Below the pieces are notes generated by a model, which did not search any database, was not told the DNA's origin, and saw only the letters and a program-made list of their open reading frames with translations. A DNA stretch of 64,000 nt from NCBI GenBank assembly GCA_044892505.1, contig CM097882.1:394568001-394632000 (forward strand), given 5' to 3'. Origin of the DNA: Schmidtea nova. Its lineage: Eukaryota. Position numbers and translations under genes: made by a program. Shown in pieces: positions 62,340-64,000 of this stretch (position 1 is the first letter of the stretch; the number at the start of each line of letters is the position of its first letter).

Positions 62340-63550
62340 ACGTGGAACAATTTCCTTAGAGTGAAGATTTATTTGTTTAATATATAGAGTCAGTTGGTAT
62401 CCGATTAGTTGATTTAACTAGTAGATTGTGGATAGAATCAATTGATATTTAATAATTAACTAGTCTGTTGTTGATTTATGAATAGTTAGTTGGTTAATGA
62501 GAAGAGTTAGTTGGGAAGTAAGGAATTGGTTAGTTAGTTAGTTAGTTGGTTAATGTAGTTGGTTGGTTGGTACAAGAATAATGAATAGAACTAGTTGGTT
62601 AGTAAGAGATTAGTATGTATAGCTAGTTAGTTGGTTAGTGTATTTGGTTGGTTAGTATAGATAAAGTTAGTTGGTTAATGTATAGAACTAGTTGGTTAGT
62701 AAGGAATTGATTGCTGGTTAGTTAGTTAGTTAGTTGGTTACTTGGTTAATGTGAAGAGATAGTTGGTTGATGTATAGAACTAGTTGGTTAGTAATGATTT
62801 GATTGCTGGTTAGTTAGTTAGTTAGTTACTTGGTTAATGTGAAGAGTTAGTTGGTTAATGTATAGAACTAGTTGGTTAGTAATGATTTGATTGCTGGTTA
62901 GTTAGTTAGTTAGTTACTTGGTTAATGTGAAGAGTTAGTTGGTTGATGTATAGAACTAGTTGGTTAGTAATGAATTGATTGCTGGTTAGTTAGTTAGTTA
63001 GTTGGTTACTTGGTTAATGTGAAGAGATAGTTGGTTGATGTATAGAACTAGTTGGTTAGTAATGATTTGATTGCTGGTTAGTTAGTTAGTTAGTTACTTG
63101 GTTAATGTGAAGAGTTAGTTGGTTAATGTATAGAACTAGTTGGTTAGTAATGATTTGATTGCTGGTTAGTTAGTTAGTTAGTTACTTGGTTAATGTGAAG
63201 AGTTAGTTGGTTAATGTATAGAACTAGTTGGTTAGTAAGGTATTGATTGCTGGTTAGTATGTATAGTTAGTTAGTTGGTTAGTATAGATAAAGTTAGTAA
63301 GTAAGGAATTGTACTATTTGTTAACTAAGGGGATTGGTTTATTTGATATATAGGCAATAGGAAGTGATTGACACATGGAACAATTTCCTAGTTGGTTAAT
63401 ATATAGAGTCAGTTGGTAACTTGTAAGTAACTAATCGATTGTTGATTTGTGGATAGAGTCAGTTGGCATTTGATCAGTTACTAGTCAGTGGTTGATTTGT
63501 ATGTGTAATGAGATTATTAGTTATTTGATCGGTTTATTGCTGGTACTTAG
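62340..63550 (+). repeat. C-poor (GTTA/GTTG) minisatellite with 88/92-bp units (core 62680-63240)
   Basis: Unit starts at 62680, 62772, 62860, 62948, 63040, 63128 and 63216. Related flanks TGGAACAATTTCCT..ATATAGAGTCAGTTGGTA lie on both sides. Confidence 0.92.
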
Positions 63551-64000
63551 NNNNNNNNNNNNNNNNNNNNNNNNNNNNNNNNNNNNNNNNNNNNNNNNNN
63601 NNNNNNNNNNNNNNNNNNNNNNNNNNNNNNNNNNNNNNNNNNNNNNNNNNNNNNNNNNNNNNNNNNNNNNNNNNNNNNNNNNNNNNNNNNNNNNNNNNNN
63701 NNNNNNNNNNNNNNNNNNNNNNNNNNNNNNNNNNNNNNNNNNNNNNNNNNNNNNNNNNNNNNNNNNNNNNNNNNNNNNNNNNNAATTATTACGTTTATTT
63801 TTAAAAATTTATGTCATTAATTGATATTTTTTAACTTAGTATACAAAATTGTAAAAACTCTTGTTTAATAACTATTTTTATTCTAAATAAATTCAATATT
63901 TACATGTGTTTTATTTACTACATTTGATCATTTCCTTAAAAAACATCATATTGAAAAAACAATTAGATTTGTATTTATTAGTTAAAAATTTTACTTATGA

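Larger units (their letters stand above)
20364..63783. other. Six assembly gaps: 20364-20740, 21525-21864, 48786-48931, 49315-49532, 58279-58703, 63551-63783
   Basis: Runs of N. ORFs in the supplied track that span them are artefacts. Confidence 1.

Noticed and set aside
62500-63300. GTTAG-rich array as telomeric repeat
   Set aside because: It is not (TTAGGG)n or pure (TTAGG)n; it consists of complex 88/92-bp units.

Overview
This is very AT-rich eukaryotic scaffold DNA with six N-gaps. The ~50-bp AT-rich introns and the repeat content suggest an invertebrate such as a planarian, but that is inference. One clear host gene is present: a 4-exon spalt/SALL-type C2H2 zinc-finger gene on the minus strand (27554-25412). 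The rest is mostly transposon material: Ty3/gypsy, hAT, MULE-FLYWCH, Tc1/mariner, a Polinton DNA polymerase relic, MITEs, palindromes and a minisatellite. The standout is a young BEL/Pao LTR retrotransposon (~49514-58278+). Its single Gag-Pol frame starts with captured host sequence: split ubiquitin, an Hsp90 middle-domain fragment, a polyubiquitin-type junction and a complete ubiquitin ending in GG, fused directly to Gag. Its ~1.3-kb LTRs each carry an intact 259-aa ORF with an NLS-like motif and a hAT-transposase-like tail. Other notable items are a gypsy element flanked by a ~604-bp target duplication, a divergent intronless TBP-fold pseudogene, a TSD-supported multi-element transposon nest, a 372-bp spacerless palindrome and a recurring, possibly structured ~250-bp terminus. 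All protein identifications come from manual motif recognition; no database searches were run.
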